From positions 1 to 38,544 of the IMG/VR virus record IMGVR_UViG_3300017917_001353: a stretch of DNA of 38,544 nt; one strand, written 5' to 3'. Position numbers and translations under genes: made by a program. The notes beneath the pieces were generated by a model that worked only from the letters and a program-made list of their open reading frames with translations, did not search any database and had not been told where the DNA came from. Of this stretch, positions 8,501-17,883 are shown piece by piece. The stretch comes from a virus (Duplodnaviria > Heunggongvirae > Uroviricota > Caudoviricetes). How positions within the stretch are numbered: position 1 is the first letter of the stretch; each line of letters begins with the position of its first letter.

Positions 8501-11015
8501 AAGTCTTAGTGCAAACTTTTCTATCACGGTTCAACCTGTTCCTATTGTAATCAATACTGGGACCAAACGAGTTGTATATCTTAGAAATCAAACTATTACT
8601 CCATTCGTTCCGTTATCTGCATCTGGCGGCAGCGGAGTGCTAACGTATTCGATTAATCCTCCTCTGCCAGAAGGACTAACCCTTAACCCTAGCACAGGCG
8701 CATTGTCAGGAAACACTGGACTGTATATGAAGTCTACATTGTTTACAATGACAGTGGCAGATCAATTAGGACAATCGAAAAACTATCAGTTCTCAATTAA
8801 GATAGCATCAGAACTGAACTTAATTGAATCCGAAGATCAAAATCTTGTACATGATGCTTTATTCAGCATTATGGGTACGACTGCTACAGGCTACGGTGCA
8901 GTATTAATTGGCGACCCAGTTGACCCCGGCCAACTAGTTGAAGCAGATGAATGGAATGAGTTGTTGATGGACGTTGAAAGATGTCTAATACATCAGAATG
9001 GTACTTCAACAAATAACATCATTGCTGCGAGTACAGGTAGCATTGTAGACTTTGCTACACCTGCTAGGATGTACACCACAATTCAGTTCTTACAAAAGAA
9101 CATTGATCAAGTACACCCAAGTCAATTAGATTCGTTTACCTACAACACAAATCAATTGAGTCCTGTTTATTGGACATCTACTAACTATTCTAGTACCGCT
9201 ACTATGGTCGCCGGTAATGGTTACATGACAACCATTAACTGGACATGGTTCTATGAAAATCAACTTCGTTATTTCTTTAACCTAGGTGGCACACTACAAC
9301 CTCAAATTAAGATTGCAGAACCAACTGGGGCAAATGCTAAGAAAGGTTGGAAAGACCTAATTGCCGCTGCCAACCAAGTTGTATTTGGAAAAGAAGAATT
9401 CCTTCAAGCACTGTCTAACCCTAACAAGACATTTATCTACACTGTGGTAGGCAGTGGTGCAGCAGGCGACGCAAAAGGAAAGGTTATAGAAACCAGAAAG
9501 ACAAAGATCATTAGTGAGAAGTACGGCAAACGAATTATCTATAAGAATAAGGATGCTAAAAACTACTCTGCTAATGCACTAACTGTTACATTCAGAGTAA
9601 TGGGTAGTACCATCGTAGGTTCTATGAACTTCGTTGCAGGTCTAGCACTTAAGAAGGCAGGTCCTAAGAAAAAGACTGGTAAAGAAATTATCAAGTACAA
9701 TAAGAAAAATAACAAGAAACATATTTTCTTTGGAAAGAAAGTTATTGATATCTTTACCAAGAAGATCATTGGTAAGTACATTGGTGTTAGAGTTAGACTA
9801 GAAACAGACTTCAAGACAACATACTCTACCGGTGCGAATGGAGGCATCGCTGCACAGATTCCACAGACACAATTGATTGGTAATTATGTTAGTGCGGCGC
9901 CTAGCCCTGTGCCAGAGTTCGTGATGGGCGTAGGAGATACAGAATCGCAGATGATCGTGTTGAGAAACAACAGCACATTTACCTGTGAAGTTTCTGACAT
10001 TGTTCTTAGCGGCTATACGACAGGAACGGTTACCCCTACAACATTAACAATACCTGCGTTCAGCAGCGGCACATTTAGTTTATCCTACACAGGATCACAT
10101 GCTGGACATCATAAAGGTCTAGTTGACGTCTTATGTAACGTAAACAGACTGACACTGTTTACAGAAGTTAATGTTGGTAGCACCAATCCTCCGAACCTAG
10201 TACTGACCACATCTACCTACGATGTTATCAGTCAAGACTTCGTTGTTGACCATGCGGGTGGGTATTTCAAGAGCTTCGACTTGAACTTTGTTCCTGGCCC
10301 AGGATTTACCCATACTCCAAAACTTCCAGATACCATAGATTCATTTAATGTTACGTTTAATCCTAAAAATCTAGTGAATGGTGTTTATACTGCGGGTGTA
10401 GAAGTTACAGTTACTCCGTTAGACAGCAGTCAAGAACCGACAGTGTGGACAGTTCCTGTGGCCATTACACTGGCTGTTGAAAATAGACACATTGCAGATT
10501 GGACAAGTTGCAAACTAGGCAATAACACGAAACTAGGTTTGAGTTATGATATCATCGGAGGCAGAACATATCTAACAGCAGGTATTGGTCTGGGTTCTCC
10601 GTCTATTGCAGAGCTAGGTGTTGCTGAGTCTAATTTTGATTCTTGGAGCGAAGTCTATAGAATTCCTCTCGAAGCAACTACACGAAGGATTTATTCTAAA
10701 GACTATAGAATAAAGGCTGCTGAAGATTTTGTCTACGGCGAATACTTTGGTGTTGGAAGTGCAAGAGGTAGTATACTAACCTGCAACTATGATGGTAAAG
10801 GAAACCTCGAAGTGCTAATGAACACAGTCTATACAGTTCCTGGACAAAATACCAACGAAGTGTTAGACCTAAGTACAGCATTTAGATACTATGACAGCAG
10901 ACGCAGTGCTCAGTTACAGCAGTTGAGCGGACTAACACAAGGTGGCCAGTGCTATGTGTTTAATGGATTTGAAAGATCCGGCGATCTGATGCTAAACCTA
11001 GTGCTACCAAATTAA
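5559..11015 (+). CDS. 1818-aa subtilisin-like (S8) protease with five putative-Ig repeats and a virion-protein-like C-terminal half
   Basis: Intact catalytic set: D166 (VIVGDEG), H286 (GVHGTPCAG), oxyanion Asn (AAAGNS), S561 (FNGTSSACP). About 90-aa prodomain-like N-terminus. Five repeats of GG.G..TYSI.P.LP.GL..N..TG.ISG...FTVTV.DQ. No signal peptide. Confidence 0.85.
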   Translation: MSEKKYYTIGATTPEAWERIHAVLTQDGTLDDNIPPRSVECVDLKEHSPTRAVYLLDDNEAAQLSQHPDVKFIELDRSKYPELFPSPPNEDFHYGNRYTAPTKNHRDIIAGGYPNPVTTADINRSGFQVLRGSTRKNPWATATSVVSSRIPNVTGTGKDVDVIVGDEGCWFGHVEFANNTGTGPADYIGGNPLPGNGTCDLLDLVLDGPYYIDPAWFNANPGTRLMTRWDGTIVPTETAARAWWSNAAQRSAQFASAGTVAIPSYYTRADCNGSNTSKPTYPDGVHGTPCAGQTYGRTHGWAYNANKWFVNAYGNYGLWPVDNYFDVMKIFHQTKPINPTYGNKNPTISSNSWGYRATQGSTGYYYFRQGTSGTGGVAYSSKPAFMQYLGSTGDGGRFKGEMIDNGLTTAGDEMIAAGVIFVAAAGNSNQQQVTSDHPNYNNYWSSSPSTPLTSATHNEFGESCYNTTNRRGFPQHIGKYYSGTATIYPAINIGALDDDYAPGSKERKVNYSDMGNDIDVFTPGDGTISANYGSGLLIPRYDQRTEPGSITSYDARFNGTSSACPTATGLIATILENNRTWTWQNVRNWLHDLTPHTSSTFYIGVEPSTATDPSWSDLNSLQGAAPRVLYNASLVATTAINFVSLNAYSPASTQIPVTASGGTGVYSYSISPALPAGLSYSSTGTLSGTPTVLSSTATYTVTVDDQDDVASATFSLNVYATPLVSQLTTSTVKIQPLTTTTAFTPVTVTGGNGAKTFGISPALPGTLTINAATGQINPGVVTTLFTTTFTVTVSDQVGQSTSKQFTLISEAPPLSLSVDYPTVRINPFVTILPIAPVSTVGGFGTKTYSISPSLPGTLTFNTATGEIGAGVVTTLFTTTFTISVSDQVGQSSSTQFDLVSEIVPLSVNTQVASRTVLALQPISPYVPVAAGGGSGVLTYSVTPALPAGIVFNTATGQVSGTPSVLVNNSTHLVTVSDQLGQSLSANFSITVQPVPIVINTGTKRVVYLRNQTITPFVPLSASGGSGVLTYSINPPLPEGLTLNPSTGALSGNTGLYMKSTLFTMTVADQLGQSKNYQFSIKIASELNLIESEDQNLVHDALFSIMGTTATGYGAVLIGDPVDPGQLVEADEWNELLMDVERCLIHQNGTSTNNIIAASTGSIVDFATPARMYTTIQFLQKNIDQVHPSQLDSFTYNTNQLSPVYWTSTNYSSTATMVAGNGYMTTINWTWFYENQLRYFFNLGGTLQPQIKIAEPTGANAKKGWKDLIAAANQVVFGKEEFLQALSNPNKTFIYTVVGSGAAGDAKGKVIETRKTKIISEKYGKRIIYKNKDAKNYSANALTVTFRVMGSTIVGSMNFVAGLALKKAGPKKKTGKEIIKYNKKNNKKHIFFGKKVIDIFTKKIIGKYIGVRVRLETDFKTTYSTGANGGIAAQIPQTQLIGNYVSAAPSPVPEFVMGVGDTESQMIVLRNNSTFTCEVSDIVLSGYTTGTVTPTTLTIPAFSSGTFSLSYTGSHAGHHKGLVDVLCNVNRLTLFTEVNVGSTNPPNLVLTTSTYDVISQDFVVDHAGGYFKSFDLNFVPGPGFTHTPKLPDTIDSFNVTFNPKNLVNGVYTAGVEVTVTPLDSSQEPTVWTVPVAITLAVENRHIADWTSCKLGNNTKLGLSYDIIGGRTYLTAGIGLGSPSIAELGVAESNFDSWSEVYRIPLEATTRRIYSKDYRIKAAEDFVYGEYFGVGSARGSILTCNYDGKGNLEVLMNTVYTVPGQNTNEVLDLSTAFRYYDSRRSAQLQQLSGLTQGGQCYVFNGFERSGDLMLNLVLPN

Positions 11016-11050
11016 ATTTGTCACAAGCGTACTCTAAGATAAATTAGAGT

Positions 11051-13066
11051 ATGCTTGACAACATTCCACGAGTACCCCCAGAAAAAGTTAAATCAGCCAA
11101 ATGGAACGGTGATCCATTAGAGTATGATCTACAACTCTATACTCTAGGAGAAGGCGAGGATGAGTTTTGGGTACTAAATCCAGAATTTGAACAGAGCCAT
11201 ATTCCGTTCTTCATTGATCATATCCCAGACAGTAGAAAGTGTGTAGTCTTTAACTATCAAGGGCAATGGGTCGCCAAAGTTTTTAAAGACGGCTGGTATC
11301 CTTATCACGGCTATGAAAGTATAGAAATATCTATTCCAAAACTAGCATGGTCTCGAAATCCTGATATTGACAGTAGAATGAATTTCAATATCGATCCTAG
11401 GACTACATACAGTCTTGACTTCTGGGATCAAAATTATGAAATGTATTGGGCTATAGATCCGCGTTTCTTTCCTCACGAAGGCGAAGTATGGGTCTACAAA
11501 GCGTCAGTTATCGGTAAAAAAACTACCGGCACAAAGTTTATGGGATACCTAACACCTAACGTCGTTGTTGAACGTAACGACTCTTTGGACTTTCTAGAAC
11601 TAGATCAAGACGAACTATATCCTCCATACTATGATTTAGATAATGAATGCGTATTCATACTAGATAAAAACTTTACAGGCAACGAGATAGTAGAAGTAGC
11701 GTCAATTAAACCTGCATACAAAAAAGTGTCAGGTCGAAGAATAATTGGTACAGTTACTCCGGAAGTCAAAATTAAAATTAATCCAAAGTTAAAAGACATA
11801 AACTTTGACATATCCGATACGATCATCTATTACGACAATCTAGCAAAAGAAAACATTTGGATGTTAGATCACAAATATCTAGGACCAGACGACACTGAAC
11901 TGTGGGCAGTAAAACTTACACTAGTAGATAAGCCTAAAGGAAAAGTAATCGTGGGGGAAATCTCTCCGCAGTTTACACTAGAGTATAATCCAGATCTTCC
12001 TGAATTAATCTATGATCTAGATTTTAAAGCACCTTGGTATGACTTAAAATATGAGCACATGTGGATGCTAGACTCTGACCACACTAGAGATTTACAAGAG
12101 GAAATGTGGGCTGTTAAAGTTAAGGCAACAGATGAGCCAGTAGGAACAAAAATTGTAGGTAGCATTGAACCTTGCGGAGAACTAGAGCTCAACGGTGATG
12201 TGACAGTTCCTTTCGAGTTACCAGAAAACTTTGCAGTTCAATACTACGATCTTGCATATGAACATGTTTGGGTATCTAGAGAAGGCGAAGAAAAGATTCA
12301 GGTCGCTCGTTTATGCTATGTAGAAGAACCGCGCGGCCGAAAAGAATTTGACGTCACTGAAGAACTCAACGAAGATCAGTTAGATGTTATCTTTATCAGT
12401 TACAACGAACCAAATGCAGAAAACAATTGGAATCGCGTAAAAGAAAAAGCACCCTGGGCTCAGCGTGTTGACGGCGTAAAAGGCATCCTAAACGCACATA
12501 AAGCCGCAGCCAAAAAGTCCAGAACAGACATGTTCTATGTAGTAGACGGTGATGCACATTTAATAGACACTTGGAAATTTAACTATCGTCCTAGTATTTT
12601 TGATAGAGACTGTACCTATATTTGGGCAGCAGTTAATCCATTAACTAATTTGACTTATGGCCACGGCGGTGTTAAACTGTTTTCTAAAGAGAAATTATTA
12701 AAATTAAAAAAGTGGAGAACTTTGGACATGACTACCTGCGTCTCTGAAAAAATCAAAGTAATGAGCGAAGTAAGCAACGTAACAGAGTTCAACACAGATG
12801 AATTCAGTGCTTGGAAGACTGCATTCAGAGAATGTGTAAAACTCTCTTTGAATGTCCAAACAGATCATGCAAATGAAAACCACAAAGTGCGATTAGATGC
12901 ATGGCAACATATTGATGCTAACTTATCTTTCTCCCGTGCTGCCATGGCGGGTGCTCTGCAGGGTATGGAGTTCTTTAAAGAACACGAGTTTGATGCAGAT
13001 GCTTTAACTAAGATCAACGACAGAGAATGGTTAGAGCAAAGATATAATACAACCTATAAGAAATAA
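11051..13066 (+). CDS. five ~68-aa tandem repeats fused to a C-terminal GT-A-like domain
   Basis: C-terminus DVIFISYNEPNAE..VDGVKGILNAH..FYVVDGDA (DxD)..YGHGGVKLF. N-terminal repeats follow NP.L..(Y/W)YDL..EH.W.LD..W(A/V).K..G.K..G.I.P. Confidence 0.65.
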   Translation: MLDNIPRVPPEKVKSAKWNGDPLEYDLQLYTLGEGEDEFWVLNPEFEQSHIPFFIDHIPDSRKCVVFNYQGQWVAKVFKDGWYPYHGYESIEISIPKLAWSRNPDIDSRMNFNIDPRTTYSLDFWDQNYEMYWAIDPRFFPHEGEVWVYKASVIGKKTTGTKFMGYLTPNVVVERNDSLDFLELDQDELYPPYYDLDNECVFILDKNFTGNEIVEVASIKPAYKKVSGRRIIGTVTPEVKIKINPKLKDINFDISDTIIYYDNLAKENIWMLDHKYLGPDDTELWAVKLTLVDKPKGKVIVGEISPQFTLEYNPDLPELIYDLDFKAPWYDLKYEHMWMLDSDHTRDLQEEMWAVKVKATDEPVGTKIVGSIEPCGELELNGDVTVPFELPENFAVQYYDLAYEHVWVSREGEEKIQVARLCYVEEPRGRKEFDVTEELNEDQLDVIFISYNEPNAENNWNRVKEKAPWAQRVDGVKGILNAHKAAAKKSRTDMFYVVDGDAHLIDTWKFNYRPSIFDRDCTYIWAAVNPLTNLTYGHGGVKLFSKEKLLKLKKWRTLDMTTCVSEKIKVMSEVSNVTEFNTDEFSAWKTAFRECVKLSLNVQTDHANENHKVRLDAWQHIDANLSFSRAAMAGALQGMEFFKEHEFDADALTKINDREWLEQRYNTTYKK

Positions 13067-13068
13067 TT

Positions 13069-14463
13069 ATGAGCGAAGACTCGAGCCTGCACAGCAGGAT
13101 AAGAACTGTCATACCTATTATTAACGAAGTTAGTCAAACGTTTTGTCTAGCCAAGTGGTATCACACAACTCTGTATCTACAGACTGGAGAAACACACAGT
13201 TGTTATCATCCTCCTCCACATAAGATCAGCATCAAAGAGATCAGTAAAGATCCTAGCGCATTGCACAACACCTTGGCTAAGAAAATAGAACGCCAGGAAA
13301 TGTTAGTAGGTGTGCAGACAAAAGGTTGCCAGTATTGCTGGAACGTTGAAAACCTAAAAGGCGATCACCTAAGTGATAGACATCTGCGAAGTGCTGCGAT
13401 CTATACAGAAGATAGGTTCAACACTGCGAGTAGAGGCCCATGGGATCAAAATATTAATCCCGAATACGTTGAAATCAGTTTCGGTAACGAGTGTAATTTT
13501 AAATGCGGTTACTGCCATCCTAAGGCCAGCAGCCGTTTTTACAACGAGATTAAACAACACGGTCCTGTTGAAACAGTAAAGAATCATAGATGCGATATTG
13601 ACTGGCTCAAAATCTACGAGCGTGAAGAAGAAAACCCCTATGTTGATTCTTGGTGGAAGTGGTGGCCAGAACTGCGTAAAGAGTTAACCATCCTTCGCAT
13701 TACAGGTGGGGAACCGTTAATGCATTCTAGCACATGGAAGATGTTTGACAGCATACAAGAAGAACCTCTACCTTGGTTAGAATTAAACATCAATAGTAAC
13801 CTAGGTGTAAAGCCTGCTCTAGTTGATAAAATGATCAGCAAGGTTAACAGTATTATTGATAACAACGGAATCAAAACATTCAAACTGTTTACCAGCATTG
13901 ACACTTGGGGTCCTCGTGCCGAGTATATTCGCACAGGACTAGACTTATCTATATGGGAACGCAACCTCGATGCATACCTAACACAGACCGGCCAGCCTAT
14001 TAGTTTTATGATTACGTTCAATATTATGTCTGTTACGACATTTAAAGAATTGTTATCTAAGATATTAGAATGGCGCGGCAAGTATAATGCTTACAACAAA
14101 ACAGAAAAGCCTCAGATGATAAGGTTCGATACTCCGTATCTAAAAGAGCCGTTGCAGTACGACATTAACATTCTTCCTAAAGATGCGTTCATGCCTTATA
14201 TGGAAGATAGTCTACAGTTTATGAAAGACAACTTAGACGACAACGATCTTTCTAAGTTTACCACTGTAGAATACGAAAAGTTTAGACGGGTCGTCGACTA
14301 TATGAAAAGTGCAACATACTCTGACGAACAGTTGCTTGAAGGACGTCGGGACTTTTACAATTGGTTCAATGCATTAGATTCAAGACGAGACACAAACTTT
14401 ACGCAGGTGTTTCCGGAGATGAAGGACTTTTACAATCAGTGTGGATTACTAGCCAATGAGTGA
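13069..14463 (+). CDS. radical SAM protein with N-terminal twitch-like Cys module
   Basis: CNFKCGYC (CX3CX2C), ITGGEPL. N-terminal FCLAKW..HSCYH..CQYC. Confidence 0.9.
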   Translation: MSEDSSLHSRIRTVIPIINEVSQTFCLAKWYHTTLYLQTGETHSCYHPPPHKISIKEISKDPSALHNTLAKKIERQEMLVGVQTKGCQYCWNVENLKGDHLSDRHLRSAAIYTEDRFNTASRGPWDQNINPEYVEISFGNECNFKCGYCHPKASSRFYNEIKQHGPVETVKNHRCDIDWLKIYEREEENPYVDSWWKWWPELRKELTILRITGGEPLMHSSTWKMFDSIQEEPLPWLELNINSNLGVKPALVDKMISKVNSIIDNNGIKTFKLFTSIDTWGPRAEYIRTGLDLSIWERNLDAYLTQTGQPISFMITFNIMSVTTFKELLSKILEWRGKYNAYNKTEKPQMIRFDTPYLKEPLQYDINILPKDAFMPYMEDSLQFMKDNLDDNDLSKFTTVEYEKFRRVVDYMKSATYSDEQLLEGRRDFYNWFNALDSRRDTNFTQVFPEMKDFYNQCGLLANE

Positions 14464-15670
14464 TACGAATAAATTATTAACTGAAAGTAAAGTGTTTTGC
14501 ATGGCTCCGTGGATTCATGCACACACTAATCCTATCGGTGATGCACATCCTTGCTGCATTGCAAAGGGTATCTTTGCACGGCAAGCAGACTTAAACGGTA
14601 TTGTTAATTCCGAAGGCATGAAGTCTCTAAGACAAGACATGCTTAACGGTAAGGAAAACTCTGCCTGTGTTGCTTGTTACAAACACGAAGAACAGAAGTT
14701 AGACAGTTTCCGCCAATGGTTCAACAGAGAGTACGGAAGCCATGCTTCTTATTCTATCGCAAACACACGTAAAGACGGAACGTTAGATCATTTTAAAATG
14801 CGTTACTTTGATCTACGGTTCAACAACATCTGTAACTTTAAATGCAGGACCTGTAACGCTAGTTTTAGTAGCCAGTGGGAACAAGAGGACCTTAAGCGTA
14901 AGGTGCCTTGGGCAAGAGTGTTACCTCGTAATACTGAAATACTCAGTGAAGTATTAGAACATGTTCCTTACATGGAACATGCTTACTTTGCAGGCGGCGA
15001 GCCTTTGATTACAGAAGAACATTACATCTTACTAGAAGAAATGATTCGACTAGGTAAAACTGATATTAAACTAAAATACAATTCTAATGTCAGCAACCTA
15101 AAGTTCAAGAACAAAGACATTGTCGAGTTGTGGTCTAAGTTCAGTAACCCTATTGAAATGGCAGCAAGCATTGATCACTTTGGTGCTAAGGCCGAATATA
15201 TTAGAACAGGTACTAACTGGGAACAAGTTGAACGCAACCTATTGAAGTTGCGTGACACACCAAACGTTAAGTTACAATTAAATTCTGTTGTAAGTATCTT
15301 TAACTATGTGTCCTACGGCGAATTTGTATCTTACCTAGATATGGTAGGCATACTTGCACCGGAGTCTAGAATTGAGCTTACTCCTTACAACATGGTAGAC
15401 CCACTGCACTTAGCAGCACAGGCTCTACCGATTGATTTAAAACAGCAGGGAAAGCAGAACCTGCTATCTGTAATTGCCAAGATGCAGGGATTAGGTTATA
15501 GAAGTTTCCAGACTGGTATTTTAAAGCAGGCAATTGATTGGGTCGAGGCCGCGAATACCTGGGATCAAAACAAAGATAAATTTAAGCAGGAAATTAAGGA
15601 TATTGACACAGTCAGGAACGAAGACTTTGTCAGCGTATTCCCTGAACTGAAAGGACTGTTAGATGATTGA
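14456..15670 (+). CDS. N-terminal twitch radical SAM protein
   Basis: FCMAPW..HPCC..CVAC, then CNFKCRTC and FAGGEPL. Confidence 0.9.
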   Translation: MSDTNKLLTESKVFCMAPWIHAHTNPIGDAHPCCIAKGIFARQADLNGIVNSEGMKSLRQDMLNGKENSACVACYKHEEQKLDSFRQWFNREYGSHASYSIANTRKDGTLDHFKMRYFDLRFNNICNFKCRTCNASFSSQWEQEDLKRKVPWARVLPRNTEILSEVLEHVPYMEHAYFAGGEPLITEEHYILLEEMIRLGKTDIKLKYNSNVSNLKFKNKDIVELWSKFSNPIEMAASIDHFGAKAEYIRTGTNWEQVERNLLKLRDTPNVKLQLNSVVSIFNYVSYGEFVSYLDMVGILAPESRIELTPYNMVDPLHLAAQALPIDLKQQGKQNLLSVIAKMQGLGYRSFQTGILKQAIDWVEAANTWDQNKDKFKQEIKDIDTVRNEDFVSVFPELKGLLDD

Positions 15671-16919
15671 TAAGATACCAGAGTCTCCTGTATTCTGTAT
15701 TTTGCCTTGGTTACATTTTCACGCCTTACCAAACAAAAAGGTTCTTCCCTGTTGCATGGCTAACAGCGATAAGCCTGTAAGTTCTACAGATAAGGGTAGC
15801 ATCATTGAAATGATGAATACCAAAGAATATAAGCAGTTGCGTAAGAACATGCTATCAGGTACATTCAGCGATGTTTGTAACAGGTGCTATGATGTCGAAC
15901 GAGTAGGACAATGGAGCCTTCGTCAAAGTGCAAATGCTGTTCGAGGTAACAAGAATCTGGATTTGGTTAATTCTACCAAAGAGGATGGCAGCATAGATGA
16001 ATTTAAACTACAATATGTAGATATACGATGGAGCAATATCTGTAACTTCAAGTGTCGCAGTTGCGGACCGGAGTTTAGTAGTCTACACGCAAAAGAGTTT
16101 ATTGATAACAAGGGCGGTGTTGAGAAGTTGCAGCAATACTTCAAAATGGATAACATGGTTGTGAGCTGTAATGAAGACGGCTCCTTCTTTGATAAAGTTG
16201 TTCCATATTTGAAAGACACTGATGAAGTTTATTTCGCAGGCGGCGAAAGTTTAATTACTTCTGAGCATTACAAGATGCTAGACGAATGGATTAGATTAGG
16301 TAACGATGACATACGTCTAACCTACACTACAAACTTCAGCGTATTCAAACACAAAGGTAAAGATGTTATTGAGTATTGGAAAAAGTTTAAGAACATTGCT
16401 ATATTTGCTAGCCTCGATGGAATGGGTAAGAACCTTGAATACCTACGCCACGGTGCAGATTGGACAGAAATAGAAAACAATATCAAGATGCTCAAAGAAC
16501 AGGTTCCACATGTTAAGTTTAATCTAACGCCGACGATCAGCGTTTGGAATGCATGGCATTTCCCTGACTTCTTTGAGTACATGGTAAAGAACAATTATAT
16601 TGATCCAACCAGTGAAGATTGTCTGCGTCTAAACATGTTAACCAATCCTTGGTGGGCCAATGTAGCCATATTACCAAGTTTCTACAAAGACAGATTGTTC
16701 TTAAAGTGGAACAAGATAAAAACTAATTCCAACTATAGTGTAAGTGTTCGTAACGCGGCTGCTATGGTTCAAGAAGCACTAAAAGGTGAAACAAGAGTCG
16801 AAGGTCTAAAGGAGTTTTTTGATATTCAAAAGGAAACCGATGAACTCAGAAAAGAAGATTGGATTAATTCGATACCAGAACTAGAGGACGTATACGAATG
16901 GGTGGAAGAAAACTCTTAA
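15663..16919 (+). CDS. N-terminal twitch radical SAM protein
   Basis: FCILPW..LPCC..CNRC, then CNFKCRSC and FAGGESL. Confidence 0.9.
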   Translation: MIDKIPESPVFCILPWLHFHALPNKKVLPCCMANSDKPVSSTDKGSIIEMMNTKEYKQLRKNMLSGTFSDVCNRCYDVERVGQWSLRQSANAVRGNKNLDLVNSTKEDGSIDEFKLQYVDIRWSNICNFKCRSCGPEFSSLHAKEFIDNKGGVEKLQQYFKMDNMVVSCNEDGSFFDKVVPYLKDTDEVYFAGGESLITSEHYKMLDEWIRLGNDDIRLTYTTNFSVFKHKGKDVIEYWKKFKNIAIFASLDGMGKNLEYLRHGADWTEIENNIKMLKEQVPHVKFNLTPTISVWNAWHFPDFFEYMVKNNYIDPTSEDCLRLNMLTNPWWANVAILPSFYKDRLFLKWNKIKTNSNYSVSVRNAAAMVQEALKGETRVEGLKEFFDIQKETDELRKEDWINSIPELEDVYEWVEENS

Positions 16920-17881
16920 AGATTGATCATAACGAGCCATACTTGGATGTAGTATGGCAAGTAAGCAATTTTTGTAATTACAAGTGCAGTTATTGTAATC
17001 CCGGTAACTACTGTGGTGATAGTCGTAACGACGATAACCTAATCACCTACATCAATAACCTAGAAATTATTACAGACAAATATCTAGAACTAGGATATAA
17101 GAACTTTAAGTTCTTCTTCAGTGGAGGAGAACCTACATTATGGCGTAACCTTATTCCTATCATAGAATGGCTGCGTGAGAAGTTGCCGAATACTGTTGTA
17201 GCAGTTAACACTAATTTCTCTAGACCTCTAAGTTGGTGGAAGCGACACTATCATTTGTTTGATGATGTAGTCGCCAGTTTCCACGTAGAATATGCTGATA
17301 AGGAAAAGTATCTAGAGAATGCTAAATTTCTCTGCGATAAGTTTAATTACTTTAGTTGCAAGATGCTTATGCACGAGGAGCGTTTCTGGGAAGTAGCAGA
17401 GTTCGGAAAGAAACTAAAGGACGAACTGCCTAACTATTTTATTGAGTGGACTCCGTTATTTGATGAAATGAGTTTAAATGCAGGCCCTTGGGAATACAAA
17501 GATCCTAATAAGACACAGTTCTTAAAAGAACACTCAATTGATCAGCAGTTCACTATTCCTAAGCCTTACCTTAAGAAACCTTTTTACTCAGAAGCCTACT
17601 GGGATAACGGAGAAAAGACCGGAGTATACAGTAACGAGATTATCTTAGAAAGACAGAACTTTTTTAAAGGTTGGGAATGTAGCATCGGTGACAGTATCTG
17701 GATCAACCAGATCGGACAGGTCAGTATGGGAACCTGCGGACAGATAAAAGTCTTAGGTAACATACTGTGGGACACACTAGACATCGGACCTAAGAAAATA
17801 ATCTGTCAAAAGGATCACTGCCACTGCGGAACAGATATTTTGATTCCAAAAAGAAAAGTAATAGAAATTGTTAAGGAGTAA
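16898..17881 (+). CDS. radical SAM protein with C-terminal twitch/SPASM-like cysteines
   Basis: CNYKCSYC, FSGGEPTL. C-terminal WECSIG..GTCG..ICQKDHCHCGTD. Confidence 0.88.
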   Translation: MGGRKLLKIDHNEPYLDVVWQVSNFCNYKCSYCNPGNYCGDSRNDDNLITYINNLEIITDKYLELGYKNFKFFFSGGEPTLWRNLIPIIEWLREKLPNTVVAVNTNFSRPLSWWKRHYHLFDDVVASFHVEYADKEKYLENAKFLCDKFNYFSCKMLMHEERFWEVAEFGKKLKDELPNYFIEWTPLFDEMSLNAGPWEYKDPNKTQFLKEHSIDQQFTIPKPYLKKPFYSEAYWDNGEKTGVYSNEIILERQNFFKGWECSIGDSIWINQIGQVSMGTCGQIKVLGNILWDTLDIGPKKIICQKDHCHCGTDILIPKRKVIEIVKE

Positions 17882-17883
17882 TT

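Noticed and set aside
13069-17881. RiPP cluster with a peptide precursor for the SPASM/twitch enzymes
   Set aside because: There is no precursor gene, RRE domain or exporter within the gapless operon. The only Cys-rich peptide (34960-35115) is 17 kb away and coupled to iscU, so this is kept only as an alternative.
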